This document shows, one piece after another, positions 1 through 9,641 of a stretch of DNA of 64,000 nt (position 1 is its first letter; the number at the start of each line of letters is the position of its first letter). A program made the position numbers and the translations under genes. The stretch comes from Candidatus Limnocylindria bacterium (GTDB taxonomy: Bacteria > Chloroflexota > Limnocylindria > P2-11E). Location of the stretch: the NCBI GenBank assembly GCA_035699805.1, contig DASSPF010000133.1:9659-73658 (forward strand), given 5' to 3'. The notes beneath the pieces are model-generated. The model saw only the letters and a program-made list of their open reading frames with translations. It did no database searches and was not told the origin of the DNA.

Positions 1-148
1 CCTGGATACGCGCATCGGCACGGACCTTCGTCCCGAGCGTCGTCACGAGCGCGCCGTCGACCACCACGTGCCCACCGGTGATGAGCTCCTCGGCGCGGCG
101 GCGCGAGGCGACGCCACGATCCGCGAGCACCTTCTGCAGCCGGATCAC
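1..148 (-). CDS. rluB: Pseudouridine synthase, RluB-like, N-terminal S4 domain only (gene continues past the 5' window edge)
   Basis: Minus-strand translation from a GTG at 146-148 gives [42 protein letters not shown], a classic S4 RNA-binding N-terminus of RluB. The start overlaps the scpB stop as GTGA. It is absent from the ORF track because it has no stop inside the window. Confidence 0.55.
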   Translation of the reverse strand, partial: MIRLQKVLADRGVASRRRAEELITGGHVVVDGALVTTLGTKVRADARIQ

Positions 149-699
149 GGCGAAGACGATCCGCCGACCTCGCGCGCCTCGGCCTCCGGGACCGTGCCCT
201 CCGGTGTGAGCGCGCGCGGAAGATCGTCCAGGCTCGAAAGGCCGAAGCACTCGAGGAACTCCCAGGTCGTGCCATAGAGGATCGGGCGCCCCGGCCCGTC
301 ACGACGACCGCGCTCCTCGATGAGCCGCCGCTGCATCAGCGTGTAGATGGTCTGGTCGCAGTTCACGCCGCGGATCGCCTCGACCTCGGCCCGGGTCACC
401 GGCTGGCGGTACGCGATGACGGCGAGCGTCTCGAGCGACGCCGGGGAGACGCGCAGACGATCCGCGCCCAGATATGCGGCCACCGCAGGCGCCTGCTCGG
501 GCGCGGTCACGAGCTGCCAGTCGTCGCCGTCGTGGGCGAGGCGCAGACCCGTGCCGCTGTAGCCCTCCGCGAGCTCGAGGAGCGCTGCGTCGACCTGCTT
601 CGGTGTGCCACCCACGACCTTCGCGATCTCGGCACGCGACACGGGCTTCTCGGCCACGAACAGCACCGCCTCGACGGCATTCGCGAGCGGTGATCTCAT
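145..699 (-). CDS. scpB: Segregation and condensation protein B (ScpB)
   Basis: ORF 145..828 with the start trimmed to the internal ATG ([17 protein letters not shown]...). It has the ScpB winged-helix pattern and its start overlaps the scpA stop (ATGA). Confidence 0.85.
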   Translation of the reverse strand: MRSPLANAVEAVLFVAEKPVSRAEIAKVVGGTPKQVDAALLELAEGYSGTGLRLAHDGDDWQLVTAPEQAPAVAAYLGADRLRVSPASLETLAVIAYRQPVTRAEVEAIRGVNCDQTIYTLMQRRLIEERGRRDGPGRPILYGTTWEFLECFGLSSLDDLPRALTPEGTVPEAEAREVGGSSSP

Positions 700-1433
700 G
701 CGGGCGTCTCGGGCACTGCGCGCACCTTCCTCTTGATCACGATGTCCGTGAACAGCTCGTCCTGCTCCAGGTCGACGACGCTGCGGCGGTACAGATCGAG
801 CAGCGCGATGAACGTTACGACAGCCCACCCGAGCGTGGGTGCGGCACCGAGCAGCGCGGTGAACGTCACCTCCCCGTGCTCGATCACGATCGCCTCGATC
901 TCGTCGGTCCGCTCTTCCACCGAGTAACGCTCGCCCGGCGAGACCATGTCCTCCTCACGGGAGCGCGCGGCCAGGGCCAGGACGCGGCTCCAGGCCGCCG
1001 CAAGGGCGGTCACCTCGCCACCTCGTGGGGGCAGATCGACGGCGCTGCCGCCTTCCCGGTGGAACGCGCGCTCACCGCTGCGCAGCCGGTCGCCCAGCGC
1101 ACCAGCCCGCTCGCGCACGATGGCGTACTCCATGAGCCGCGCTCGCAGCTCCTCCTCGGTCTGGCCCTCGTCCTCGTTGGCGATCGGCGCGAGCGCGGGG
1201 AGCAGGCTGCGCGCCTTCAGCAGGACAAGTCGCGACGCGAGCGCGAGGAACGACGCGACCTCGCCCGCCGGCAGCGCCTCCAGCGCGCGCACCCGTGCGA
1301 GGTATGCGTCGGCCAGGTCGCCCAGCCGGACGGTGAGGATGTCGAGCTTCTTCTCCTCGACGAGCTGGAGCAGCATCTCGAGCGGCCCGTCGAATCCCTC
1401 GACCGTCACGCTCGGTCCCTCATTGCCGAGCAT
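696..1433 (-). CDS. scpA: Segregation and condensation protein A (ScpA, kleisin)
   Basis: ORF 696..1886 trimmed to MLGNEGPSVTVEGFDGPLEMLLQLVEEKKLDI, a typical ScpA N-terminus. The Arg-rich upstream extension is discarded. The 3' end overlaps the scpB start. Confidence 0.85.
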   Translation of the reverse strand: MLGNEGPSVTVEGFDGPLEMLLQLVEEKKLDILTVRLGDLADAYLARVRALEALPAGEVASFLALASRLVLLKARSLLPALAPIANEDEGQTEEELRARLMEYAIVRERAGALGDRLRSGERAFHREGGSAVDLPPRGGEVTALAAAWSRVLALAARSREEDMVSPGERYSVEERTDEIEAIVIEHGEVTFTALLGAAPTLGWAVVTFIALLDLYRRSVVDLEQDELFTDIVIKRKVRAVPETPA

Positions 1434-1834
1434 CAGGGCAACGCCTCCCGATCGGCACGCGCGAGCAGCTCCGCATCCGCATCCGCCGGTCGCTCGTGAT
1501 GCCCCGCGATCAGCCGCACCACCCGGTCGGATCGCCCCTCGGCCCGCGCCAGCTCCGCGCCACGCCGGGCGTGGTCGAGATATCGGGCCAACGTCCCCTC
1601 GCCGCGCGCGAGCCGCGACCGCACGAACGGCGCGAAGCGGTCGAGCAGGACACCCGCGACGCGATGCCAGATCCGCGTCTCCGCGGGCTTGGCCTGGTCG
1701 TGGAGCAGGCCGGCGAGCACCACGTCGGGATCGGCGCCATGGCGCCGGAGGATCTCCGCGGTGCGCTCCGCGTGGCGCGCGTCGCCGTCGGTGACGGCGA
1801 GATACCGCCACGTCTGCAGCACCCGGTCCCGCAC
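1433..1834 (-). CDS. Small HD-domain phosphohydrolase
   Basis: It carries the HD motif (LLHDQAKP ... IAGHHE). The ORF-track start at 1984 would overlap the upstream M50 gene by 147 nt, so an internal GTG near 1834 is more likely. The start is uncertain. Confidence 0.5.
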   Translation of the reverse strand: MRDRVLQTWRYLAVTDGDARHAERTAEILRRHGADPDVVLAGLLHDQAKPAETRIWHRVAGVLLDRFAPFVRSRLARGEGTLARYLDHARRGAELARAEGRSDRVVRLIAGHHERPADADAELLARADREALP

Positions 1835-1836
1835 GC

Positions 1837-2580
1837 TCAGAACGACCCACCCAGCAGCACGCGGATGAGGAACGTCGCCGGGACACGCACGAGCGGTGTG
1901 AGCAGGTCGATGCGCAGCATCGCCGGCACGAAGAAGATGAGTGCGAGAAGGATGAACGGCCCGTACTGCTCGTACGTGCGCCACGAGTACGCCTGACGCG
2001 GCGGGAGGAACCCGTACACCACCCGCGAGCCGTCGAGCGGCGGGATCGGGATGAGGTTGAAGACGAAGAGCAGGCAGTTGTAGATCACGATCGCGCTCAG
2101 TACCTCTTGGTACACGGCGCCGATCTCCCCTGCCCCGAGATCGACGAAGCGCAGCGGGATGGCACAGATCGTCGCGAGCACGAGGTTCGTCGCGGGCCCC
2201 GCGAACGCGACGAGGCTGCCGCCGCGGCGCCCGCCCTGCAGGCGCGACTCGTTCACCGGCACCGGCTTGCCGTATCCGAACCGGAGCAGCAGGAGGAAGA
2301 GCGAGCCCAGGAGGTCCAGGTGCGCGAGCGGGTTGAGCGTGAGGCGACCCATGAGCCTCGCTGTGTCGTCGCCGAGGCGGTGGGCGACGTACGCGTGCAT
2401 GAACTCGTGCACGGTGATACCCAGGACGATCGCGAGGATGAAGCTCCAGAAGCGCACGGGCTCCATGGTGGCCTCGTCCATCAGCGCGAAGATGGACCGG
2501 TAGTTGAAGAGGACGAGGAGGATGAAGAGGAACAGCATGGGGTCCATGCCGAACGGACCCGTGGAACGTCGAGCGATCAA
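1837..2580 (-). CDS. Site-2 protease family (M50) integral membrane metalloprotease
   Basis: Multi-TM protein with an HEFMHA (HExxH) zinc motif and an LDG motif, which define the M50/S2P family. The start is either 2580 or the ATG at 2547. Confidence 0.7.
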   Translation of the reverse strand: MIARRSTGPFGMDPMLFLFILLVLFNYRSIFALMDEATMEPVRFWSFILAIVLGITVHEFMHAYVAHRLGDDTARLMGRLTLNPLAHLDLLGSLFLLLLRFGYGKPVPVNESRLQGGRRGGSLVAFAGPATNLVLATICAIPLRFVDLGAGEIGAVYQEVLSAIVIYNCLLFVFNLIPIPPLDGSRVVYGFLPPRQAYSWRTYEQYGPFILLALIFFVPAMLRIDLLTPLVRVPATFLIRVLLGGSF

Positions 2581-2614
2581 TGCTCGACCAGTCTAGGTTT
2601 CTCGGCCGGACGCC

Positions 2615-3925
2615 TCAGCGGCCGGCGACCCGCGCGAGGAAGAGGCGTCGCGGCGCCACCCGTGCCACGCTCCATCCGAACGCGCGGCGGACCTGCTCGA
2701 CCGCCTCGCGGTCGTTCGGTGAGCCGGCGAGGTGCACCTCGGCGTACGGCGCGCCGCGCTCGACGCGGTCGCCGACCTTCGCGTGGAGCACGATCCCGGT
2801 CCGGTGGTCGATCGCATCGCCCTTCTTCGCGCGTCCGGCGCCCATCCGTACCGAGGCGAGCCCGACCTCATCCGCGGCGATCCGCTTCACGTAGGCCGTG
2901 CGGGCCGCGCGCAGTGTCTCGACGCGCGGCGCTCGCGGGAGCCGCGCCGGGTCGTCCACCATGCTCGCGTCGCCGCCCTGCGCGTCCACGAGCTCCCGTA
3001 GCTTCGCGAGCGCGCTCCCGTCGGCAAGAGCGGCCTCGGCGATCCTGCGCGCCGCGCGCGCGTCGCGAGCCCGGCGCCCGAGCACGAGCATCTCGCTTGC
3101 CGCGACGAGCGCGAGCTCGGTGAGGTCGCGCGGCCCATTGCCGTGCAGCGCCGCGATGGCCTCGGAGACCTCCAGCGCGTTCCCCACCGCGCGGCCGAGC
3201 GGCTGCTCCATGTCCGTGAGCTCGCAGGTCACGGCGAGACGGTGGGCGCGGCCGATCGCGACCATGGCGCGCGCAAGGGCGGTCGCTGAGCGGCGGTCCT
3301 TCATGGGGGCACCGCTGCCCACCTTCACGTCGAGCACGACCGCGTGGGCACCCGCCGCGATCTTCTTCGACATGATGCTCGAGGCGATCAGTGGGATCGA
3401 TGGGACGGTGCCCGTCACATCCCGGAGCGCATACAGGAGCCCGTCCGCTGGTGCCAGCTCCTTGGTCTGTCCCGTGACCACCACGCCGATCCGACCCAGC
3501 TGCGCGAGGAACTCAGATGTGGAGAGGTCCACGCGGTAGCCGGGGAACGACTCCAGCTTGTCGAGCGTCCCGCCCGAGAAACCCAGTCCGCGGCCGCTCA
3601 TCTTGGCCACGGGCAGACCGCACGCCGCCACGAGCGGCGCGACGACCAGCGTCGTTTTGTCGCCGACGCCGCCGGTCGAATGCTTGTCCGCGACGCGACC
3701 GAAGCGCGTGAGGTCCAGCCGCTCCCCGGAATCGACCATCGCGCGGGTGAGCGAGGCCGTCTCCTTCACGTCCATCCCGCGCCAGACGATGGCCATCAGC
3801 AGCGCGGCCATCTGGTACTCCGGGATCTCGGCACGTGTGAAGCCCTGGACGAGGAAGTCGATCTCCCCCGCGGAGAGCTTCCCGCCGTCGCGTTTGCGCT
3901 GGATGAGGTCGACCGTGCGCATCAC
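2615..3925 (-). CDS. deoA: Pyrimidine-nucleoside (thymidine) phosphorylase
   Basis: 436 aa with glycosyl-transferase family 3 motifs (DKHSTGGVGDKT, SGRGLGFSGGTLDKLE). Its stop overlaps the punA start region. Confidence 0.85.
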   Translation of the reverse strand: MMRTVDLIQRKRDGGKLSAGEIDFLVQGFTRAEIPEYQMAALLMAIVWRGMDVKETASLTRAMVDSGERLDLTRFGRVADKHSTGGVGDKTTLVVAPLVAACGLPVAKMSGRGLGFSGGTLDKLESFPGYRVDLSTSEFLAQLGRIGVVVTGQTKELAPADGLLYALRDVTGTVPSIPLIASSIMSKKIAAGAHAVVLDVKVGSGAPMKDRRSATALARAMVAIGRAHRLAVTCELTDMEQPLGRAVGNALEVSEAIAALHGNGPRDLTELALVAASEMLVLGRRARDARAARRIAEAALADGSALAKLRELVDAQGGDASMVDDPARLPRAPRVETLRAARTAYVKRIAADEVGLASVRMGAGRAKKGDAIDHRTGIVLHAKVGDRVERGAPYAEVHLAGSPNDREAVEQVRRAFGWSVARVAPRRLFLARVAGR

Positions 3926-4728
3926 AGCCGTCGCAGGACGCCCTTCACGAGCGTCCCCAGGCGCTTGCCGGCGCGGTCCGCGACCGCGAGCACCTCTTCG
4001 TGGGTGACGTGCTCCACCAGTCCGGGCAGCCCGGTCGCCATGTCGGTGACCGTCGCGATCGCCAGGATCCGCATCCCCATGTGACGGGCCACGAGCACCT
4101 CGGGCACCGTGCTCATCCCCACGGCGTCCGCGCCGAAGCCGCGCATCATGCGCAGCTCCGCGGGCGTCTCGTAGTTCGGCCCAGCCACGCCCACGTACAC
4201 GCCTTCGCGCAGATCGCCATCGACCTCGTGCGCGATCTTGCGCAGCTCCTCCGTGTACGTGCCGACCATGTCCGGGAATCGGGGGCCGATCGCATCGTCG
4301 TTGGGGCCCCGAAGCGGATTGGCCGCCATCAAGTTGATGTGATCGTTGATGACCATGAGGTCGCCGGTGCGGTAGGACGGGTTGAGGCCACCGCAGGCGT
4401 TCGTCACGATGAGCGTCTGGATGCCGAGCGCCCCGAAGACACGGACGGGGAACGTCACCGCCTTGATGTCATAGCCCTCGTAGTAGTGCAGGCGGCCCTT
4501 CATGACCGCGACCGTCTTCCCCTCGAGCGTGCCGATGACGAGCTCACCGGCGTGCCCCGGCGCCGTGCTCCGCTCCCAGCCCGGGATCTTCCCGTACGGG
4601 ATGCGGTCGGCGCCCTTCACCTCGTCCGCGAGCGCCCCGAGACCGCTCCCGAGGATGATCGCGATGGTCGGGCGCTGCGCGCTCTGGGCGCGGATCGCGG
4701 CGACTGCGGCGGCGGTGTCCAGCGTCAT
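3922..4728 (-). CDS. punA: Purine nucleoside phosphorylase (trimeric PNP-I, PunA type)
   Basis: 268 aa with motifs GSGLG, VMKGRLHYYEG and GMSTVPEV. It overlaps nadK upstream and deoA downstream by 4 nt each. Confidence 0.85.
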   Translation of the reverse strand: MTLDTAAAVAAIRAQSAQRPTIAIILGSGLGALADEVKGADRIPYGKIPGWERSTAPGHAGELVIGTLEGKTVAVMKGRLHYYEGYDIKAVTFPVRVFGALGIQTLIVTNACGGLNPSYRTGDLMVINDHINLMAANPLRGPNDDAIGPRFPDMVGTYTEELRKIAHEVDGDLREGVYVGVAGPNYETPAELRMMRGFGADAVGMSTVPEVLVARHMGMRILAIATVTDMATGLPGLVEHVTHEEVLAVADRAGKRLGTLVKGVLRRL

Positions 4729-5549
4729 AGCCCCGGCTCCTTCAAGATCTTCTGTCGCAAGAGCGCCACGAACGGGCGCGCGTGAGCGGTCCGCACGAGC
4801 CGCGCGCTGACGGGCGATCGCCGCACGGTCACCCGGTCACCCACGGCGAGGTCGCGCTCCACCTGCCCGTCGATGGAGAGGCGCGCCGGCTCATCCATCA
4901 CGTCGAGGTCGATGCGCGGGTCCTCCTCGAACACGAAGGCGTTCGGGAACGAAAGGTGCGGCGCCACCGGCGTCAGCACGATGGCCGGTGAGGTCGGCAG
5001 CATGAGCGGACCGCCCACCGAGAACGAGTAGGCCGTGCTGCCGGTCGCCGTCGCGGCGATGACGCCGTCGGCCCAGTACACGATGAGCGGATCGCCATCG
5101 ACGCTGATCGCGACGTGGATGGAGCGCACCAGCGCCCCACGCGCGACGACGACGTCGTTCAGGGCGAGCGCAGTCAGCACCGGCGCGCCCGCACGGACGA
5201 GGCGCGCCTCGAGCATGGCCCGCTCCTCGATGGCGTAGCGACCGGCGACCACGTCGGCGAACGCGGCGTCGAACTCCTCGATCTGCGCCATGGTGAGGAA
5301 GCCGAGGTGACCGAGGTTGACGCCGAGGAGGGGCACGCGATGCGGCCCGAGACCGCGTGCCGCGTGCAGCATCGTGCCGTCCCCGCCGAACACGCAGGCG
5401 ACCTCGATGCCCGACAGCTGGTCGGCACGCACGGCGTCGAGCGTGACCAGGGCGACCTCGTGACCCTCGCCTTCCATCCGTGCGGCCGCCTCACGCGCCG
5501 CGCCGGCGGCCTCGGTGAAATTCGGGCGGAAGCAGACCGCGACCTTCAT
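4725..5549 (-). CDS. nadK: NAD kinase
   Basis: 274 aa with the GGDGTML motif and an NAD-kinase C-terminal domain. It sits in the tlyA-nadK arrangement conserved in actinobacteria. Confidence 0.85.
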   Translation of the reverse strand: MKVAVCFRPNFTEAAGAAREAAARMEGEGHEVALVTLDAVRADQLSGIEVACVFGGDGTMLHAARGLGPHRVPLLGVNLGHLGFLTMAQIEEFDAAFADVVAGRYAIEERAMLEARLVRAGAPVLTALALNDVVVARGALVRSIHVAISVDGDPLIVYWADGVIAATATGSTAYSFSVGGPLMLPTSPAIVLTPVAPHLSFPNAFVFEEDPRIDLDVMDEPARLSIDGQVERDLAVGDRVTVRRSPVSARLVRTAHARPFVALLRQKILKEPGL

Positions 5550-6328
5550 CGCGATGCCTCGAGCGCGGCGGCCGCGAGCGCGTCCGTGCCGGCGGGCGTG
5601 GCGCCCTTCCGCGCGTGCACGAAGATCTCGCGATTCCCCTCGCGTCCCGGCAGGCGTGACGGCACGACAGCGATCACGGCCACCCCCTCATCGGCGAAGC
5701 GCGACGCGACCTCCATCACCGCGGCGGCGCGCGCGGCCGGATCGCGAACGATGCCGCCCCTGCCGACGGCCTCGCGGCCGGCCTCGAATTGCGGCTTCAC
5801 GAGCGCGATGACGTCGCCGCCTTCTCGCAGATGCGCGAACGACGGCGGCAGCGCGAGGCGGAGCGAGATGAACGAGACGTCCGCGACGATGAGATCGACC
5901 GGCCCAGGAAGGTTCACGCCCTCGCGCGCGTTCACCCCCTCCATGACGACGACACGCGGGTCGCCGCGCAGCTTCCACTCGAGCTGCCCCTTCCCCACGT
6001 CCACCGCGTAGACGCGCGCTGCGCCGCGCTGCAGCAGGCAGTCGGTGAAGCCCCCGGTCGACGACCCGATGTCGAGGACGACGGCGCCGGCGACGTCCAG
6101 ACCGAGCTCCTCGAGCGCGGCGTCGAGCTTCTCCCCACCGCGCGACACGAAGCGAGGACCTCTGTCGAGGGTGATCGTCGCATCCTCCGTGACGGCGTCG
6201 GCGCTGCGCCGGACATGGTCGCCGTCCACCCGCACCACGCCCGCCAGGATGAGCGCCTGCGCGCGCTCGCGGCTCGGGGCGAGCGAGCGTTGAACGAGGA
6301 GCTGGTCGAGGCGTACGCGGCGGGCCAC
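5546..6328 (-). CDS. tlyA: TlyA-family 16S/23S rRNA (cytidine-2'-O)-methyltransferase
   Basis: S4 domain plus an FtsJ-like methyltransferase domain (LDIGSSTGGFTDCLLQRGA, DVSFISL). The start is trimmed to a GTG (VARRVRLDQLL...), which matches the M. tuberculosis TlyA N-terminus. An alternative ATG lies at 6355. Confidence 0.8.
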   Translation of the reverse strand: MARRVRLDQLLVQRSLAPSRERAQALILAGVVRVDGDHVRRSADAVTEDATITLDRGPRFVSRGGEKLDAALEELGLDVAGAVVLDIGSSTGGFTDCLLQRGAARVYAVDVGKGQLEWKLRGDPRVVVMEGVNAREGVNLPGPVDLIVADVSFISLRLALPPSFAHLREGGDVIALVKPQFEAGREAVGRGGIVRDPAARAAAVMEVASRFADEGVAVIAVVPSRLPGREGNREIFVHARKGATPAGTDALAAAALEASR

Positions 6329-6365
6329 TGTGGCCGATTCTCGCCTATTTCGCATACTGCGCGTG

Positions 6366-7223
6366 ATGGCCAAGCGTCTGCCACGCACCCGGACCCTCAA
6401 GGGCGAGGTGAAGCTCGCCCATTACGACAGCGTCACCGGCGTGGCCGGTGAGCCGGCGATCCTCCTGATGCATTCGAGCCTGACGCGATCGGAGGACTGG
6501 GAGAACATCTTCCCGCGCCTGGCGACGCGCTACCGCACCGTCGCCTACGACGCGCGCGGCCATGGCCGCAGCGACCGCGCCACGGACTACTCGCTGAAGG
6601 CCCTCGGCGAGGACGCGGTCCATGTGGTCCGCGATCTCATCAAGGGGCCGACCGTGCTCATCGGTCATTCGCAGGGGGCGCTCGCGGCCCTGGCCGTCGC
6701 GGCGGACGCGAGCGAGCACGTCGCCGGCCTCATCCTCGAGGATCCCCCGCTCGCGTACGGGGCGCCCTGGCCGGTGGAGACGTACGGGCCGCTGCGCGAC
6801 GCGCTCCGCAGCGGCGACACTGCCGCGCTGCGCAAGGCGGTCGACCGCTTCCCGCTCCCCTCGCCGGGACCGCGGGGCGAGCGCACCTACGGCGAGATGC
6901 GCGGCTTCTACGCGGCAGAGCGGGTGCTCACGTACCACCGCGACGTCGATCCGGCGTTCATCGAGCATCGGCTCGCCGGCGAGGACGCCAAGCCGCTGAT
7001 CGCCGCATGGCTCGAGCGCATCGCGGCGCCGACGCTCGTGCTCGCGGGCGAGCCGCGTCTGGGCGCCGCGCTCGACGACGCCGCCGAGTGGCGGCTGAAG
7101 AAGGCGGTGAAGGATCTGACCGTGCGTCGCTTCCCGGGCACCGGCCACGTCATCCACGGCTACCGCCCCGAGCAGTTCCTCGAGAACATCGAGCCGTTCC
7201 TTCGCAGGCTCCGCGGCGCATAG
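6366..7223 (+). CDS. Alpha/beta-fold hydrolase
   Basis: HG oxyanion hole (LLMHSS) and GHSQG nucleophile elbow. The start is trimmed to MAKRLP. It is divergent from tlyA with a spacer of about 37 nt or less. Confidence 0.7.
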   Translation: MAKRLPRTRTLKGEVKLAHYDSVTGVAGEPAILLMHSSLTRSEDWENIFPRLATRYRTVAYDARGHGRSDRATDYSLKALGEDAVHVVRDLIKGPTVLIGHSQGALAALAVAADASEHVAGLILEDPPLAYGAPWPVETYGPLRDALRSGDTAALRKAVDRFPLPSPGPRGERTYGEMRGFYAAERVLTYHRDVDPAFIEHRLAGEDAKPLIAAWLERIAAPTLVLAGEPRLGAALDDAAEWRLKKAVKDLTVRRFPGTGHVIHGYRPEQFLENIEPFLRRLRGA

Positions 7224-7243
7224 CCGGGCTGCCCTCCGAAGCT

Positions 7244-7456
7244 CTACGCGCGATTCTGCTTCTGTATCGCCTCGGCGAGCTGGGTGATGCGCAGCTCCGC
7301 GGCGTCGAGCCGCTTCGCCGAGCGCTCGTAGAGGCGGAGTCCCTCTTCGTAGAGGCGGACCGCCTCGTCGAGATCGAGGCTCGGATCCTCGAGCCGATCG
7401 GCGATGGCCTCGAGGCGCACGAGCGCCTCCTCGATGGTCGGCTCAGCCTCGGCCAT
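7244..7456 (-). CDS. xseB: Exodeoxyribonuclease VII small subunit
   Basis: 70 aa (MAEAEPTIEEALVRLEAIADRLEDPSLDLDEAVRLYEEG), a textbook XseB. It overlaps the xseA stop. Confidence 0.85.
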   Translation of the reverse strand: MAEAEPTIEEALVRLEAIADRLEDPSLDLDEAVRLYEEGLRLYERSAKRLDAAELRITQLAEAIQKQNRA

Positions 7457-8672
7457 GTCGCTCCACCCCCTCCACGGTCACGCTCGCGCGGCCATCGCGC
7501 ATGCGGACCCTGGCGTGCTCGCCGGCGCGGAGCTCCGCGACGCCCGCGCGGACCCGTCCATCGGGTCCTTCGATGATGGCGTACCCGCGGCCGAGCACGC
7601 CGAGCGGGGAGAGCGCGTCGAGCCGCTGCTTGGCGTGCACCAGGCGCTGCCGGCGGGCCGGACCCAGACGGGCCATGGCCCGGTCGAGGGCGCGGCGATC
7701 CTCGTCCAGCCGCTGGCGCAGCGCTGCGACACGTGCGGGCGGCGCACGCCGATCGAGCAGCGTCTTCGCCGTGACCAGGCGCCGGCGGCGAAGGGCGAGC
7801 GCGTCGCGGACGCGCGTGGCGATGCGCCGGGCGAGGCGCTCCGCCGCGATCTGACCGATCCGGGCGTCGGGCACCACGAGCTCCGCCGCGGCCGAGGGCG
7901 TCGCGGCGCGCACATCGGCGACGAGGTCGCAGAGCGTCACATCGGTCTCGTGGCCGACGCCCGACACCACCGGCCAGGGTCGTCGCGCGATCGCCCGCAC
8001 CAGCGCCTCGTCGTTGAACGGCCAGAGCTCCTCGGGCGCGCCACCACCGCGGGCGATGATGACCACGTCCACGTCACGCAGCTGCTGGAGGCCGTCGAGC
8101 GCGCCGATGAGCGACTCGACCGCGCTCTGCCCCTGCACGATCGCGGGCGAAAGCACCAGCTCGATGCGCGGATCCCTCCGCGCCACGACGGTCTGGATGT
8201 CGCGCCAGACCGCGCCGATGGGGCTGGTCACGACGCCGATCCTCCGCGGCGCCGCAGGGAGCGGACGCTTGCGCTCCACGGCGAAGAGCCCCTCGGCGTG
8301 GAGCCGCTTCTTCAGCGCCTCGAGACGAAGATGCGCGTCGCCCACGCCGGCGGGGCGCAGGTCATCCACGCGCAGCTGGATCCGGCTCTGGCGGTGGTAG
8401 TACTCGACATACCCGTGCGCGAGGAGCTTCGCGCCGTCGCGCGGTGTCACGGTGAGCTGCGCCGCGTGCGACGCGAACAGCACGCAGGCGAGCTGACCGA
8501 CGTTGTCGCGAAGGGTGAAGTACACGTGGCCCGCCGGCGAGATCTGCGACTGCACCACCTCGCCCTCCACCCAGAGATCCTTGAACTCATCGCCCGACTG
8601 GATGCGCTCGGCCAGTCGGATGACGAGCTGCCCGACGCGCAGGACGTCACTAGGCGCGCTCGAGGTACTCAC
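7443..8672 (-). CDS. xseA: Exodeoxyribonuclease VII large subunit
   Basis: 409 aa with an OB-fold N-terminus (GEVVQSQISPAGHVYFTLRD) and an ExoVII catalytic domain. The GTG start overlaps the efp 3' end by 23 nt. Confidence 0.85.
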   Translation of the reverse strand: MSTSSAPSDVLRVGQLVIRLAERIQSGDEFKDLWVEGEVVQSQISPAGHVYFTLRDNVGQLACVLFASHAAQLTVTPRDGAKLLAHGYVEYYHRQSRIQLRVDDLRPAGVGDAHLRLEALKKRLHAEGLFAVERKRPLPAAPRRIGVVTSPIGAVWRDIQTVVARRDPRIELVLSPAIVQGQSAVESLIGALDGLQQLRDVDVVIIARGGGAPEELWPFNDEALVRAIARRPWPVVSGVGHETDVTLCDLVADVRAATPSAAAELVVPDARIGQIAAERLARRIATRVRDALALRRRRLVTAKTLLDRRAPPARVAALRQRLDEDRRALDRAMARLGPARRQRLVHAKQRLDALSPLGVLGRGYAIIEGPDGRVRAGVAELRAGEHARVRMRDGRASVTVEGVERHGRG

Positions 8673-9207
8673 CCGTTCGCGTGTCGACCTTGATGCGGTC
8701 CCCGGCGTTCACGAACAGCGGCACGTTCACCTTGAGGCCCGACTCGAGCGTGGCGGGCTTGGTCGCACCCGTGGCGGTGTCCCCCTTCAATCCGAAGTCG
8801 GTCGACGCCACGGTCATGACCACCGACGCGGGCATGTCCACCCCGATGGGCTCGCCCTCGTACTCGTTCAGCGTGACCTCCATGCCGTCGGTGAGGAAGT
8901 TCACCGCGTCGCCGAGCTGATCCTCGTCGAGCGCGATCTGGTCGTACGTCTTGGTGTCCATGAAGTGGAAGTGCGTGCCGTCCTTGTACATGAACTGCAC
9001 GGTCCGATGGTCGAGGCGGGCGCGCTGGAAGCGCTCCCCCGCCTGCACCGTCTTTTCGATGAGGTCCCCCTTGCGAACGTTCCGCAGCTTCATGCGCACC
9101 TGCGCCGAGCCACGCCCCATCTTGATGTGCTGGAACTCCACGATCTGGTACAGGATCCCGTCGATCTCGACGGTGATGCCGCGCTTGATCTCTCCGGTCG
9201 ATATCAC
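8650..9207 (-). CDS. efp: Elongation factor P
   Basis: 185 aa (MISTGEIKRGITVEIDGILYQIVEFQHIKMGRGSAQVRMKLRN), full-length EF-P. Confidence 0.9.
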   Translation of the reverse strand: MISTGEIKRGITVEIDGILYQIVEFQHIKMGRGSAQVRMKLRNVRKGDLIEKTVQAGERFQRARLDHRTVQFMYKDGTHFHFMDTKTYDQIALDEDQLGDAVNFLTDGMEVTLNEYEGEPIGVDMPASVVMTVASTDFGLKGDTATGATKPATLESGLKVNVPLFVNAGDRIKVDTRTGEYLERA

Positions 9208-9641
9208 GTCTTTGATGTCTCCTCGATGAGCCAGCGTAGGGCGACCTCGTAGCCGACGACGCCCATGCCGATCACTTGATACGCGGTGACGTCCTTCAGG
9301 TAGCTATGGTGCCGGAACTGCTCGCGCTTCGTCACATCGCTGATGTGGACCTCGACGACCGGGAACGCGCACGCGGCCACGGCGTCGCGCAGGACGATCG
9401 AGGTGTGCGCCAGACCGCCGGGATTGATGATGGCACCATCCGAGCGCGCGTGCGCCTGAAGGAAGTCGATGAGCGCTCCTTCGTGATTCGACTGATAGGC
9501 CTCGAGCTCTGCGCCCGCCTCCCGCGCGATGCGGCGGCACCGCTCCTCGACCTCCGCCAGCGTCGTGGTCCCGTAGATCGCCGGCTCGCGCGTCCCCAGC
9601 GTGTTCAGGTTCGGTCCATTCACCAGGAGATACCGCCTCAC
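9204..9641 (-). CDS. aroQ: 3-dehydroquinate dehydratase, type II
   Basis: 145 aa (LLVNGPNLNTLGTREPAIYG ... INPGGLAHTS). GTG start with a GGAGGG Shine-Dalgarno sequence. Confidence 0.85.
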   Translation of the reverse strand: MRRYLLVNGPNLNTLGTREPAIYGTTTLAEVEERCRRIAREAGAELEAYQSNHEGALIDFLQAHARSDGAIINPGGLAHTSIVLRDAVAACAFPVVEVHISDVTKREQFRHHSYLKDVTAYQVIGMGVVGYEVALRWLIEETSKT

